DNA of 64,000 nt from Octopus sinensis (taxonomy: Eukaryota), in NCBI RefSeq assembly GCF_006345805.1, contig NC_043006.1, forward strand, positions 80,290,001 through 80,354,000, in the 5' to 3' direction. The first letter of the stretch is position 1. Every line of letters begins with the position of its first letter. The notes beneath the pieces were generated by a model, which worked only from the letters and a program-made list of their open reading frames with translations, made no database searches and was not told the DNA's origin. Position numbers and translations under genes: made by a program. Shown here piece after piece: positions 13,445 to 27,667 of this stretch.

Positions 13445-13871
13445 CTCTTTTACTCTTTTACGTGTTTCAGACATTTGACTGTGGCCATGTTGGAGCACCG
13501 CCTTTAGACGAGGAAATCGACGCCAGGACTTATTCTTTGTAATCCTAGTACTTATTCTATCGGTCTGTTTTGCCGAACCGCTAAGTTACGGGGACGTAAA
13601 CACACCAGCATCGGTTGTCAAGCGATGTTGGGGACAAACACAGACACACAAACACATGCACACACACACACGCACAAACACACACACACATATATATACA
13701 CATTTATACGATGGGCTTCTTTCAGTTTCCGTCTACCAAATCCACTCACAAGGCTTTGGTCGGCCCGAGGCTATAGTAGAACACTTTTGCCCAAGGTGCC
13801 AGGCAGTGGGACTTAACCCGTAACCATGTAGTTGGTAAGCAAGCTACTTACCACACAGTTACTCCTGCGCC
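13445..13871 (-). mobile_element. SINE family 1, full length
   Basis: High similarity to 11905-12344. Confidence 0.85.
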
Positions 13872-14542
13872 TACCATTGACAAATACAGAAGAAGGAGGT
13901 GAAATGCAACCAGCGCATATTTTTATTATTGGCATAATGACCTGCCCCATCGAGATAAAATAAAATATGTTTTAATACATGCGTTCACAATATGAATCTT
14001 GCATTTCAAGCACAAAAAAAAAAATGTATTCTACATCTCCATTCATTTTGCTGTTATGTTACCAATGACTTGTGTTTCAGGAATTTATGCAGCTGCGCCA
14101 GCTACAATTTCAGCGGAATGTTATTTAGTTTTTATGGTAAATGAGAATTGTTATATCCAAATTACTCTTTCCATAATTGGTTTATTTGTTTAGAGGTTGG
14201 ATTCGTGAGTTGTGACCATTCTCGAAAATTGTATTATATTCCAAAGCATGTAGATGCTAGCAGTTTCATGATTTTCTTTTCCACTAATAAATGAAAAATG
14301 TATCTTGGCACAAGGTCAACAACTTTGAGGTAAGGAGATTGTCAATTATATGCACAATCTATACTTACTCTACAGAGTGAATATGAAAAGTACCGAGGAT
14401 TGCTTGATGAGTTCAAAACTTATACAGCTCTTGTCCTGTCGAACTGCATAGATTATACTGAACTTGCTGTGATAAATGACTTCTATCCCTGCCTAGTTGA
14501 TCTTGCTTTCCTTGTTTTTCCACAATAGGTGACGATAACGGT

Positions 14543-16631
14543 GTGAACGGGACTAGAACTAATAGTGAAGGTGCAGCACCCGGCAGGTACCCCACTGCAC
14601 AGCAAGGTGGGCCCGGTCGTAGTCCAGCCACTGCTAGCCATGCTACAAGACATAAGTGGAATAAACAAGTAAACATGATAGTCATGGATTGTTATTACCG
14701 GAGCACACCCCAGTGGATGCGAATGGTGTGGCTGACAGAGAGTACAGAAAATGAATGCACAGTAAATGGAAGCAATGGATCTGTCTGAAATTACTGAACA
14801 GAAATTATGTCACGAAGCTAGAGCAATACGAAAGAATTGATGGTCAACAAAATTGGAGCTAGAAGCTATTAAAAGGATATCAAATGATGCTGGGCATACG
14901 AGAAACGTAAGTGGTATAGTGAAAGAGATGGACAATTCGTAAGAATATACTACCGGGAATTGTGAAATAATTGAGATCAATGACCATTTAAACAATGAAG
15001 ACTGATTAATAATAGACAGGATTCGAGATCTATTAAATACAGAAAGGACAGACTAAATGGAGACTAAATCAAGAGACGAGTAAAGTCAATAATGTTTTGA
15101 GACACATTGAAACAAAGAGCATCACACAAACAAATTATCGTATCAAGGCTTCTAGTAGGATTGTCGAAGAAAGGATGGGATAGAGAACTACTGAAACCAA
15201 AACAGTGACTGATAGAAGAGGAAATAAACAACTTTGGTGGAAAAGGAGAGTTTCTGAAGATATAAACTCCTTGAAAAGTGTAGTGTCAATGCTTGACAGG
15301 AGTAGAAATGGAGAACTTAAGAAGGAATGCAAGTTCGAAAAAAGTTAGGAAGAAGTATGGTGTGAAAACAAAAGTCCTGAATGTTGTAATTGAAGAACTG
15401 AAGCAGCGCATAATGGCAAAAATAACAAAGCTAACTATGTTTGAACGACAGATTAAGCAATACTGGCTAGACAAATTGTTTAGAACCGACCAAAAAGATT
15501 TTATCAAGAGATTAATGATGATAAGAAAGGGGAAAGATTAGTCTCTGATGCTAATAAAAGTTGATTTTCTGGGATAACACATGGAGTAAGCAAGAACAAC
15601 ATGATACTGTAGCTGAATGGCTCTGCAGCCTGAAGCAAACTGCTTCTTATCCTCAGCATATATATAAAAAAAATGGTATATAAAAAATGGCGTGGCGCCA
15701 TTGTTAAAACATACGAAGAAGGCTGGTGTTATCAAAATTGAGAATTGTGTAAAGAAAAATTTGAAGAAGAAATGAACACACAAAAAAGAAAGTATGGAAG
15801 GAGAAAAATGTACGGTCAATTCGCAAGAGTTGTGAACGCCAAGAGAAATACAGAGGACCGGTGGCTATGGATGAAGAGGAGTGACCTAAAGATTGAGAGA
15901 AATACTCATATGCGCAGCTCATGAACAAGAGTTAATGACCAACTTTGTGAAGTGCAGAATAGACATCGACAGCGACAAATGCAGAATGTGTGGTGAGATA
16001 AGTGAAACGGTAGGGAATATCATTAGCGAATTCCGGAATTGGCACAATACCAAAGACAGCATGACAATGCAGTAAAAATGATCCACTGAGAGTTCTGTGG
16101 AAACCACGACCTACAAAGAGCAAAGACGTGGTATGAGCAATCCCCAGAAGGAATCACCGAGAATGAGGATTACAAAATCCTGTATGATGCAATGACTCAG
16201 TGCGATCACGTGACCAGACATCAGAAACCGAACATTGTTGTAGTGAATAAAAAGAAGAAAAAAAACATGCATAACAATCGACATAGCATGCCCCGGTGAC
16301 AAGAGGATCAATGTGAAAGAAGAAAAATTAAACAATTACGACGATCTGAAGTGGAAAATACGAAGGTTGTGGTTTATGAAAAGAGTAGACATGATACCAA
16401 TAGTAATTGGCGCACTTGGAAGTGTCAGCACTCACCTACCAACATGACTGAAAAAGATTGGTGCACGTGTGAAGGTAGAACACCTACAAAAATCAGCATT
16501 GCTTGGAACAGCAAAAATTCTTCGCAGGATTCTTGAAGCATGACCAGTGAAAATGTATCACCTTAGTCTGCTGGCTGCGGAGAGTTGACACTTTCCATCA
16601 TACCCAGCAAAAAAGCTGTGAGTTTCATCAC

Positions 16632-16683
<52 letters not shown>
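14543..16683 (+). mobile_element. Degenerate R4/Dong-clade non-LTR element, RT domain internally deleted, (TAA)n tail
   Basis: N-terminal RHKWN..N..VM.CYY.S.P motif; C-terminal KCRMCG..ETV..IIS, RHDNAV..IHW.LC, KP.IV, DIACP..KE REL-type endonuclease; no RT motifs between them. Confidence 0.8.
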
Positions 16684-16688
<5 letters not shown>

Positions 16689-18450
16689 CCACCTTTTTTA
16701 TATGGACGATCTAAAGCTGTTTGCCAAGAATGACCAAGAGCTAGAAGGGCTACTAACAACTGTTAAAGAGTTTAGCAATGATATCGGAATGGAGTTTGGC
16801 CTTGATAAGTGTGCTAAAGCAACTTTTGTAAGAGGCAAGCTCAGGCAAACAGCTTCTGTTAAATTAGATATTGACACTACCATCAAGGAACTTGACCCAC
16901 AAGAAAGTTACAAATACCTAGGAATCAACGAAGGAGATGGTATACATCATGCTACTATGAAGGAAAAAATAAGAAAGGAGTACTATAGGAGAATAAGGCT
17001 TGTACTGAAGACTGAACTCAACTCCAAAAATTGCATTGAGGCCATTAACACCCTGGCACTTCCAGTAGTCCAGTACAGTTTTAACATCATTAACTGGAAC
17101 CTTACAGAACTCCAACGCTTGGACAGGAAGACAAGAAAGTTACTGACATCCAGGAGCATGCACCACCCTAAGGCAGATGTAGACCGCTTGTACCTACCTA
17201 GAAGCAGCGGGGGGAGAGGAATGATGCAATTAGAGCTGTGCTATAAGACCTCTACTGTAGGAATGAACAGGTACCTATCTAGTACAAAAGACTGGATGCT
17301 GCGACTTGTGTGTGAACACGAAAGCAGCAAAAAGCTGCATTCTATTGTCAAGGAAGCTTATAAGTTCGAAAGGGAACTAGGCATTAACCTTGAATCAGGT
17401 GAAGAGCCAGAAACCACTGCTACCAAGCAAGCAAAGCGAATCAGGCAGACTGCAAAAAAGAATGGGCAGAATCAAATTGAGAGGCGGTGGAGCCAGAAGC
17501 CCCTGCATGGACAATACATTCTCCGAAGCCAAAATGCTGATGTAGACCAAGCAACAACCCATCAGTGGCTGAAGAGTTCTGGATTGAAAGCAGAGACTGA
17601 AGGCTTCATAATGGCAGCACAAGATCAAAGCTTGTTTACCAGAAATTACCAGGCTAACGTTCTCCGAAACGGTACTGACCCTAAATGCAGATTCTGTGAC
17701 ACATTTGACGAAACAATAGACCATCTCGTTTCGGGATGTCTGTGCTGACACCAAACGAATACAAAATCGCCACGATAGGGTAGGACAGTATATACATTGG
17801 AAGATATGTAAACACTACAAATCCGACACTCCTGCTAATGGTATGAACACCATCCTCAGCCAGTTGTTGAAGGTAAAGATGTCACCATCCTCTGGGATTT
17901 TCCAGTCAACACTGACAGAACGATCAAGGCTAATCGACCAGACATAATTGTTAAAGACAGGGAAGAAAATACCTGCAGACTAATAGAAGTAAGCGTCCCC
18001 ACTGATAAAAATGTATCTGTCAAGGAATTTGACAAAGTTAGTAAATATAAGGACCTGGAAATCGAAATACAGAGGATGTGGAATCTTAAAACAAAAACTG
18101 TTCCTGTTATTGTGGGTGCCCTAGGTATGATAAAAAAGGGATGTCAGAAACACCTAGACAATATCCCTGGAAAACCATGTCTCAAGGAAATCCAAAAGAT
18201 TGTGCTAACAAGTACTGCCCACATCCTTAGAAAAACCCTATCAATGTAAATGTTTGTGTTTGTATTACATGGAGATATTTCTCTACTTCCCCTCCCCAAG
18301 CTTTCAGCTATATTTCAACAACTCTTAACCTTCACTTGCCCTAGGGCGCTGGGTGTGCTCCGGCAGGTGATTGCATCAAACATGCAGATTAAAAGTAAAT
18401 GACAATAATAATAATAATAATAATAATAATGATGATGATGATGATGATGA
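16684..18450 (+). mobile_element. 5'-truncated R4/Dong element inserted in the (TAA)n tail of the previous one
   Basis: Begins at NHLFYMDDLKLF; continues through CRFC..ETIDHLVSGC, RHD.V..IHW, NRPDIIV, EVSVP..KY.DL.IE (REL); 3' UTR and (TAA)n follow. Confidence 0.9.
16702..17748 (+). pseudogene. R4/Dong RT C-half to zinc-finger ORF fragment (348 aa)
   Basis: YMDD motif, KYLG, HHPKADVDRLYLPR..GGRG, WL..SGLK.ETEGFI.AAQDQ; stop at the C-terminal CCHC finger. Confidence 0.85.
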
Positions 18451-18459
18451 TAATAATAA

Positions 18460-18715
18460 TAATGGGGAGAATATCAGAAGGCATCAAGAGGAATATAAAG
18501 GAAATCTGAATAGAATGCCCAGTAGAACTGTTACAAAAGTTTTGTCTCCTTGACACAGCCAGAGTAATCAGGAAAGTATCAGATAGTTGAAAAGAACAGA
18601 TAGCATGGTACCGTAGGCTGCATGCAGCAAACCCGCTACGCATGCAAGACTCCAGGATTTCCAATAAAACCTGTAATAAAAAGAAATAATAACAATGACA
18701 ATCATAATAATAATT
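18460..18715 (+). mobile_element. Third R4/Dong 3'-end fragment
   Basis: CPVELLQKFCLLDTARVIRKV resembles the Dong C-terminus (HLQKSALLGTAKILRRIL at 16.5 kb); TAA-like tail. Confidence 0.6.
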
Positions 18716-18822
18716 CTTTCTCATTTTGGCACAAAACCAGTGGTACTTTTTTTTATTGATCTCGAAAAGAAGAAAGGTAAAAATCAACTCAGAACCCGAA
18801 GTCGGAAAAACTATCACAGATC

Positions 18823-19194
18823 ATCTCTCTATATATAAACGGCAAAATATCTTTCTGTGTGTGTGTGTCCTTTATACAAATCCACAATTTTTTAGTTAGA
18901 GAGCTTGCACTTTCTATGGTCATTTAAAACCGTCCACGAGTGGTCATGCACATCTTTACATTTCCCTAGTCACCCCGCAAAGCCATCAAAAACATCAATG
19001 GAAGTGACTTTTTTGTAAATTTTCTATCCAAAACCCAATCAAAATGCCCGAAACTTGATACGCCAATTGAATGCCAGCTAGCTGTATGTGATTGGTCGGA
19101 GATTTGGACAGTACTCGCGTGTATGTGCGCACGCACGCAGCTGTATATGCATGCACAAGCACGATGACCCGGCGTTGCCTGGTCATAGTGCTAG
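18823..19194 (+). mobile_element. Non-autonomous Helitron-like element
   Basis: 5' atctctctatatataaa; 3' hairpin gacccggcgttgcctggtc followed by CTAG|T. Isolated 3' end also at ~27520-27550. Confidence 0.7.
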
Positions 19195-19892
19195 TTTTTA
19201 TTATAAGTGTTCTAATAAATATTTATAACTAAAAGTGAAACATACTAGAAAGAAATGCTAAAATATGGTATTGCTCGGTTTGAAGAATATTTTTGGCAGA
19301 ACACTTCTCACTCGATTCACACAGATGACGTAAACCAGCAATAATTCGAATATTTGCGAGCAATTTGTTTTAATACTTTTAATAATCAACTGGTACTTTT
19401 CATCACTTACATATAGTTTCAGTTTTCATTAATATAAGTACAGTGGATTGACGGAATTGGAGCAGTTATACCCAAATGCTTTGCAGTGCTTAATTATGCT
19501 TTTTAACGTGCTGATGTTTAATACTGCTCAGGTCAGCTCTAACTTTCATTATCCGAGATCGAAAACATATTTAGAGAAGAGATAGGGTCAAAGTAGGGGA
19601 AAAATATTCTGCATAAAAATGACACATGCCTACATCAATAAATCAAGTGCAGTAATAGGTAATTATTTAAACTAATTATCTCGCTTAATCCTTAATGTCA
19701 AATTTTGTCAAATCCTTTGCTCAACGAAAGGCATTGACATAATTTACACTCGCTGTGACATTTCTTCTTGCCCATAGGTAATTGATTATTTGAACTTGAT
19801 GTATGATTGTGAGACTAGGTTATTAATTTGAAACTATTGTATAATATTCAGACAATTATCCTTGGTAATTGCCTGATTATCCATGTAGTAGT

Positions 19893-22800
19893 AGTGGCTG
19901 TGTGGTAAGTAGCTTGGTTACTACTAAGTTGTGGACGCATTTTTTTTGCGCTGAGAAAGTAACGTTGTTTGACGTTGAAATTGAACATTTGAAGTGCGAC
20001 CACAGGTAAAGCACTTGTTTTTTGGGGGGAGCATAGTGAGGTCCGTTGTCCGTATGGTTATCATTTTTTCGAACCAGGGTTTTTACACTGTGTTCCAGAC
20101 ATTTGTTTGCTAGTGGTTGTACTAAAAGACTCACATTTTAGTGAGAATTGTGTGTATTTTCGGGAGGCGTGTCCGACCGAAAAATGTTTGGAAATTTCTA
20201 TGACAAAAGGCCACATTCGCGTAGCATGCGAAATATGGAAGAAAAGAATAAGTGCGCAGACATCAGGCTCTTCAACTACAGAAAAAGACCCCAAACCCGC
20301 ACACAAATTAGTCCCCACAGAAACGAATACTCCCCCCATCTGTGGCGCCCGCTCCCAAACAAGACAACCAAAAACCCCAGGCCATGAACACACTGGTCCC
20401 GACAGAAACTAATGCACCCCTCTCTGAAGTAACCACTCCCCTGGAAGGCACCATGGAGGTGACCGACGGGGAGTTCAAGACACCCAGAAAAAAGGGAACG
20501 CTTGCACCTTCCCCATCCATATCCTCCACAAAAAAGAAGAAAAACAACACACCACAGGAATAAAAAAATTCCACCCAACTGTCCCAGAAGAGAAAATAAA
20601 AAAAAAAGACGGAACAAAAACCCCGGTAAAATTTGATATCAGGGATAAAGATATCATGGACACATTGAAGAACCACCTCACCGTGGAGCTGTTGCAGCAG
20701 CCCGAAGGCACGGAAGAGAGATGTGCCTGGATAACTGAAAAACTGTACAATGAAATGAAGGGTAGGCATCCGAAAACCATCACGAGCATCCCGGACCTTC
20801 CGTGGTATTCGAAGGAGTTTTTGAAGGAGCAGGAGGAAAGGGCTGTCTCACGTGTTGTGAGGTCAGCCCCAAAATCACCAATAAAAGAAAAAGTCAAAGA
20901 GTAAGTAGAACCCTTGCACTTAACTTGGGTATTTGTGCGTGGTCTGAGCTCAAAGTGGAAGCAAGCTTGTTTTCCTCGACGACCTCAGATCACACGATAT
21001 GCATGTGATGGTTGCTACAGAGACCAAGCTGGACAGTCTACAAGCCTTCTCGTCCCTCCTGAATGATTATGAGAAAATCATGTCTCCTAGCCAGACCAGA
21101 GGGCGAGGGGGTATAGTAGTACTGGTTCGAAAAGGCTTGCAGACAAGTACAGTCTATGAAGACCCAGAAGGTGGGCTGGTCGTCCTTGTTGTGACATACA
21201 GCAGTGAGACCTTCAGGTTGATCGGGATCTATGCACCTTGTGCTAGAGGATTTCAAACTGATTTTTATCGGCGCCTAGAGAACTTTCTCGTGACGTCGAA
21301 GTCATTAGTGGTGTTAGGATACTATAACGCTAGCGTTTACGCACGCATCGATAGTGTTGACTCGATCTATAGGAAAGTGAACTCACGTCTCGTAGATCTG
21401 CTTAAGCGTTTTCAGCTGGCAGATCGTTACAGACTTGACTATCCGAACGTCCCAGAGTGGACCTGGATGAGTGGCGACGGAAGGTTCAAGTCTTATTTAG
21501 ATAGGATAGTGATAAGAACTAGAGATAAGTCTAGTGTTAGCTGTCCACAGCTTGTCCAAGTAGCTTACACTGACCATAGAATGGTTAAGTGTAGACTGGA
21601 CATAGATAGTACAGTTACGAGAGGATCCGGCTATTGGAAGCTGAACAAGTCTATTTTGACTTGTGAGGCATACCGTAGTCGGATTGAGGAATTAGTTCAG
21701 AGAGCGTTAACCGGCGCGGTGGTTAATAACCGATGGTGGCTCGCCCTCAAGAGAGCCATTCCTTTTGAATCTATTAGGTTTAGCCGTCAGCTAAGACTAG
21801 ATAAGGCCAGAATAGAAGGGCAACTAGTTAAGGACCTAGAGGAGGCGTTGAGGTTGGGCTGTGCATCACATATTTTGGCAGCGAGAACGGATTTGGACCG
21901 TCACCTCAAAGCCAAACATAAAGTGCGCGCATTGGGCCGTGATTGAATTAATGTTGCTGGATGGGCCAGTACGGTAGAAACCCAGCGTAGCAATGATGCC
22001 ACAATTAGGTCTCTCGTGGATGACAATGTGTGTTCGGTCGATGGACAGGACGAGATGTGTGAGGCGATTCACAAGCACTTTGCCGAGTTGTTTGAGAGTG
22101 GCGGGGCGCTAGATCATGGCGAGGCCCTTAGGGACTTCCTGTCTGGCGGCCCGCGTCTCTCGGCACGAGAGGCTGAGTGCTGTGAAGGGCCAATCACGGC
22201 CGAGGGAGAAGTCGCCGGGTCTCAATGGTCTGCCTACTTTTAAAAAAGTATGCCAGACTTGTTCGGGCATCTGCTGGCCAGCGTCTACACCAATTGGCAG
22301 TAGAATGGGAGAATTCCCAAGTCTGCGAGCCGGGGGTGGTGACGTTGATCAGGAAGGGGGACGAAATAGGGAACTTCGGGCCCATAACTCTGCTGAACAC
22401 AGAGTTAAAGATTTTGGCCAAAGTGCTAGCGAGAAGGTTGGCGCGGGCCGTGGGCAAACTTGTCGGGGAAGCGCAATCTTGCACTATCCCGGGCAGGACG
22501 ATCCACGACAATCTCCACCTTATACGCTACTCCTTAGAAAGAGTGGGAAAGCTTTCTGGCGCAGGGGGCACTGGTACATTTAGATCAGTCTAAGGCATTC
22601 GATAGGGTCGACCATCGGTACTTGGTGGCGGTCCTCGAGAAGTCTGGCCTGGGACCGACCTTCCGCGGTTGGATTGCTGCGTTGTACAGCGACATCGAGT
22701 CTGTCGTAAAAGTGAATGGTTTCCTTTCGAAGCCATTCAGGATCGAGCGCTCAGTGTGTCAGAGGTGTCCCCTGTCCCCGCTTTTGTATGTACTGGCTCT

Positions 22801-24615
22801 CGAGCCATTATTGCGGAGGTTGGACGCACTAGGGGGCGCACCGCATGGTCTATGGTATGGAAGAGGAGCTACGGCGTATGCGGATGACATCTCGATCATC
22901 GTGGCAGATGAGGGTCAGCTTCTAGTGGTGGAAGAGGCTATCAAAAGTTATGAGGCGGTGGCAGGAGCAAAGGTTAACATGGACAAGTCAATCGGTTTGC
23001 AGCTCGGCACCTGGAGGGGCAAACCGATGCAATCCAATAACGTCGTGGGGCGTTGGATGGAAGGTCCTGTTAAGCTGCTCGGAGTCTGGTTCGGGCCAGA
23101 CCTCCAGATTGAGAAAAATTGGAGTGAGGTGGCCAGGAAGGTGACCTGATCTGGGCGGGCATTATCCTTGCTAGGAAAGGCGGAGGTGGTGCAGATGTTT
23201 ATAGCATCGGTTATCACCTACCGTCTGACCGTGGTACCTTGCCCCGATTTGTGGCTGAACATGTTGGAGAGAATCCTTTTCCGCTTTTTGTGGAAGGGAG
23301 GAAAGCCACTCGTGAAGCGCTCTGTCTGCTGTCAAAAACCGCTAAAGGGTGGGCTATGAATGCCTTGGCTGAGGATGCGAAAATTCGCATTAAGGTTGAG
23401 GCACCTCTGGCTTTACCTGGATGGAGAGCAGGTGTGGTCACCGCACGTCCGGTTCTACCTTCCACAATTAACGTTCTTAACAGACGTTGGTAACTGGATC
23501 AAGCAGAGACCTAGGCTAGGGGAGTGGTAATTGGAGTGCCGCCAGGCACTTTAGCTACACTCTCGGGCAAGCGATGCCGGCAATAGGAGTCCCACCGCGG
23601 ATTTCTATAGTGGGTTTGTGGAGGTTAAATCCGAAGACGCCTTGTGGGAGACCCTGGGCTACGATGAAAATCAGTTTATCAACCTGTTCCAGAGAACTTT
23701 CAGGCGGGGCTATCTGGACAACTACCAGAGATCCCTGGCTTGGCAGTGCTTCCGTGCGGCGTTACCTGTTCGTGATAAACTGTCACGGCATGGAAATGCC
23801 GTCTCGCCGACATGTCCGAGGTGCGGGGAGGACAGGGAAACCGTCTTTCAAGCATTTGTGGAATGTCCGGAATTAACGAGACTGATAGTTTTCGCAGAAC
23901 AGCTGTTGTCATCGATGGGAAGAGTACAGCTATCAGCTGAATCTATCATCGAGACTGTGCCGCCTCCTTCCCTTAACAGGGAAAGGAAGGCTTGCTTTTC
24001 CTGCGTAGTAACCATACTGAAAGAAACAGTATGGAAGACGCGTATGAGAGGCATAGTGACGGGTACCTTTGTATCCGGCCAGGGGCTGGTTAACTTTTTT
24101 AGTTACCACCTCAGTAGTAAGATCAGGCTGGAGAAGAGGTACCTGTCACGAGATGATGGAAGCCTGTGGCGAGAAAGCTGGGAGTGTCTGACACCAGGTA
24201 AGTGGAAGCCCCCCCCCCGCAAAAAGGAAAGAAAAAACAAGGGTTCTACATTGGTGCTGGTGATGTCTATCCTTCAGGGAAGCCATTACAAATTCATTTG
24301 TAATGAGCAATGCTTAAGTCGAAAATTGTAAATATAATTATTGTATTTTTAAATCGTAAATTTTTAATCGCTACAGCTACTACACCCTTTTATGTTTGTC
24401 TGTCCTTGTTCGTCCCCTCTTTGTAATGTCTTCATGGCAAATACTTATGAAATAAAGTAGCTTGCTTACCAACCACATGGTTTCCGGTTCAGCCCCACTG
24501 CGTGGCACTTTGGGCAAGTGTCTTCTACTATAGCCTCAGGCCAACCAAAGCCTTATGAGTGGATTTGGTAGACGGAAACTGAAAGAAGCCCGTCGTATAT
24601 ATGTATATCTATATG

Positions 24616-24648
<33 letters not shown>

Positions 24649-24842
24649 TTGTCCCCCAACATCACTTGACAACCGATGGTGGTGTATTTACGTCCCCCGT
24701 AACTTAGCGGTTCGGCAAAAGAAACCGCTAGAATGAGTACTGGGCTTACAAAGAGTAAGTGCTGGGGTTGATTTCCTCGACTAAAGGCAGTGCTCCAGCA
24801 TGCCCACAATTAATTGACTGAAACAGGTAAAAGAGTAAAAGA
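19893..24842 (+). mobile_element. SINE family 1 split by a Tx1-like LINE (head 19893-19916, remainder 24465-24842)
   Basis: gtggctgtgtggtAAGTAGCTTG | LINE | AAGTAGCTTGcttaccaaccacatgg. Confidence 0.85.
19917..24454 (+). mobile_element. Degenerate Tx1/L1-like LINE (ORF1 remnant, APE + RT ORF2 with many stops) with 10-bp TSD
   Basis: APE motifs VATETKL, GIYAP, SYLDRI, DHRMV; RT motifs PITLLNTELKILAKVL, KAFDRVDH, Q.CPLSPLLY, AYADDI; degenerate ORF1 knuckle GHIRVAC; TSD aagtagcttg. Confidence 0.9.
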
Positions 24843-24843
24843 G

Positions 24844-24881
<38 letters not shown>

Positions 24882-24962
24882 GCAGTATATACGCATATAT
24901 ATGCATACATACATACATACATACATACATACATACATACATACATACATTCATACATTCAT

Positions 24963-25024
<62 letters not shown>

Positions 25025-25726
25025 GCACATATATATATATGCAGTGTATATATACATTTCGGTGTACACACACACACACACATTTTCACCAAAATATTAG
25101 GATCGCATGAATCTAAGCTGTTTAATCTTCATTTCATATATGCAAGATATATAATCCATGAGAACGCACAGCAACTCACCAGCAGGCTGCGTCTATGATT
25201 CTATGTTTATGGAAAGTAAATATATAACATCTGACACAAATACGCTCGGAAGCCATTTAACTGTTTCGGTTTTTCTCCTGCCTTCACTCGTTGTCAAGTG
25301 TAACTAGGTAATCTGTGAACTTCGAAATATTTAGCTGTTGCTGGAATCAACCAGGAATGGATAAAAGAGCAAAGCTGTCAGGTAATATGTCACAGAAAGG
25401 ATAACTCTCTAGAAACGTATGAAATATTCCTTCCATAAGTTTAGCCCCTTTACTTAAATTCCAGGTGTTGTATAGTAGATGTACACCTATGAAACTAGTG
25501 ATTTATCTAAGCGAGATAGTTAATCGCTGAGAATGAAGAACGATTCATAGTCGTTGCTATGACTTGTATCTATTTGAATTACAAAATAATTGGCTTCATA
25601 TACATCACGAAAAAAAAAGGAACATGTATATTGGGTTACATTAGGAACTACCTAAAAGCTTTGATGACATTTCACCTTGTCAGCGGGAGTTAACGTAAAG
25701 GCAGTTCCTCGTTGAGCCATAAACTA

Positions 25727-26940
25727 CAGGGGTTGGACAAAATAATAGAAACACCTAGCATCAAAGCATCATAATTTTGAAATATCTATAAAACCTTCAA
25801 AAGTTTGTTTATTTTTATGTTTTTTGATTTATTATTACTGTTGCTTAATATGTTTTGCTAAAATTGCTGTTTCTTTTCATTAGGAAAAGGTAATTAAATT
25901 CATTAAAATGACTGATGTATCGTATGGTAGACGCTAGCGTAACGAAAACAGCTGAAATGTTTGGTGTATCAAGAAGTACTGTTTCGGAAGTAATGACAGC
26001 CCTTGAGAAAGGGAAAAGCCTCGTCGACACAAAACTCCGGAAGAAAACCAAAACTTTTAGATAGCGACCGTCGGACTCTTACACGAATTGTTAGAAAGGC
26101 TTCACAAGGTACAGCTCCCAAAATTTCTACAGAGTTTAATGACCACCTCGAGAACCCAGTTTCCACAAAAACTGTTCGCCGGGTACTGCACAAAGGCGGA
26201 TTTCGCGGGAGGGCTGTCATCAGAAAACCACTAATTTCAAAAACAAACGTTGCAAGGCATTTAGAGTGGAGTAAAAACCAACAGAATGGGTCTCTAGAGC
26301 AGTGGAAGAATGTTATTTTCTCGGACGTGTCATCCTTTACCTTATTTCCGACCAGCAGCTGAGTATACTTGTGGAGGCAGCCAAAAGAAGCATTTGACTC
26401 AGACGGCCTTATTCCAACTGTTAAACATGGAGGAGGATCTGTGATGATCTGGAGTGGAGGCTATATCTTGGAAATCTGCCGGTCCAATGGTTTTCCTTCA
26501 TGGTAGAATTAATAGTCAAAACTATTTAAGCATTTTATCTGATCAAATTCATCCTATAGTTGCGGAACTGTTTCCGGAGGGAAACGCAATCTTTCAGAAT
26601 GATAATGCACCAATTCACACCGCTAAAGATGTTACTGAATGGCACGAGGAACATCTTTTCTGGCCACCACAGTCATCAGATCTCAATATTATTGAACATT
26701 TATGGTGCATTTTAGAAAAACAATTAAGGAGTCGATATTCTCCGCCATCATTACTACAAGAACTATAAACTGTTTTAGCTGAAGAATGGACCAACATTCT
26801 TTTGGAAACAATTCAAACTTTGTACGAGTCCATACCTCGTAGAATTCAAGCTGTGGTTACTGCCAAGGGCGGTGCTACCCCATATTAAAATATATTTGTT
26901 TGAAATTTTAAGGTGTTTCCATTATTTTGTTCAACTCCTG
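25727..26940 (+). mobile_element. Tc1-family DNA transposon with degenerate transposase
   Basis: TIR CAGGGGTTGGACAAAATAAT.GAAACACCT at both ends; TA at left; motifs WKNVIFSD, KHGGGSVMIW, FQ.DNAPIH, WPPQS.DLNIIEHLW. Confidence 0.9.
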
Positions 26941-27115
26941 CATGTAACAGATTTTGAAATTCTAAGCATTGTACACACATACACACACACACACACATAC
27001 ATACACACACACACACACACATACTTATATAAACACACACACACATACTTATATAAACACACACACACACATGTATAATTGAGTTTGGAGAGATATATTA
27101 CTCGGGCTGACACCT

Positions 27116-27344
27116 ATTTCGTTACTACCCACAAGGGGCTAAACACAGAAGGGACAAACAAGGACAAACAAACGGATTAAGTCGATTATATCGACCCCAG
27201 TGCGTAACTGGTACTTATTTAATCGACCCCGAAAGGATGAAAGGCAAAGTCGACCTCGGTGGAATTTGGACTCAGAACGTAGTGGCAGACGAAATACCGC
27301 AAAGCTTTCGCCCGGCGTGGTAACGTTTCTGCCAGCTCGCCGCC
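27116..27344 (-). mobile_element. SINE family 2 with Tx1-like 3' tail
   Basis: Head ggcgagctggcagaaacgtta; tail tttgtccttgtttgtccc..gtttagccccttgtgggta. Confidence 0.85.
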
Positions 27345-27667
27345 TTTTACCCGGACAGATACCGGATAAGGTTTTAACAGCTAAACACAACGATCAGTAT
27401 CTAACGATTATGATTATAATTAGATGTTAGCCGCTCCGTAAATTCTTCCGTGGGTATCTCCGTGTACTTTTCGCTGGACGGTAAAATATCATCTGGTGTA
27501 TATATTAATACTAGCATTAAAACCCGTCGTTGCCGGGTCATAGTGCTAGTGCATGTATATATGTGTATATATATGTGTACATATTACATGTACATCTATA
27601 TATATACATCTACACATAAAATACAAAATACAAAGTTATATCTTGATATCGCTAGTGATAACAATAC

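Noticed and set aside
25335-25381. Possible 47-nt host micro-exon (ag|CTGTTGCTGG...GTCAG|gt)
   Set aside because: Weak polypyrimidine tract, no recognisable protein and no partner exons; needs RNA-seq.
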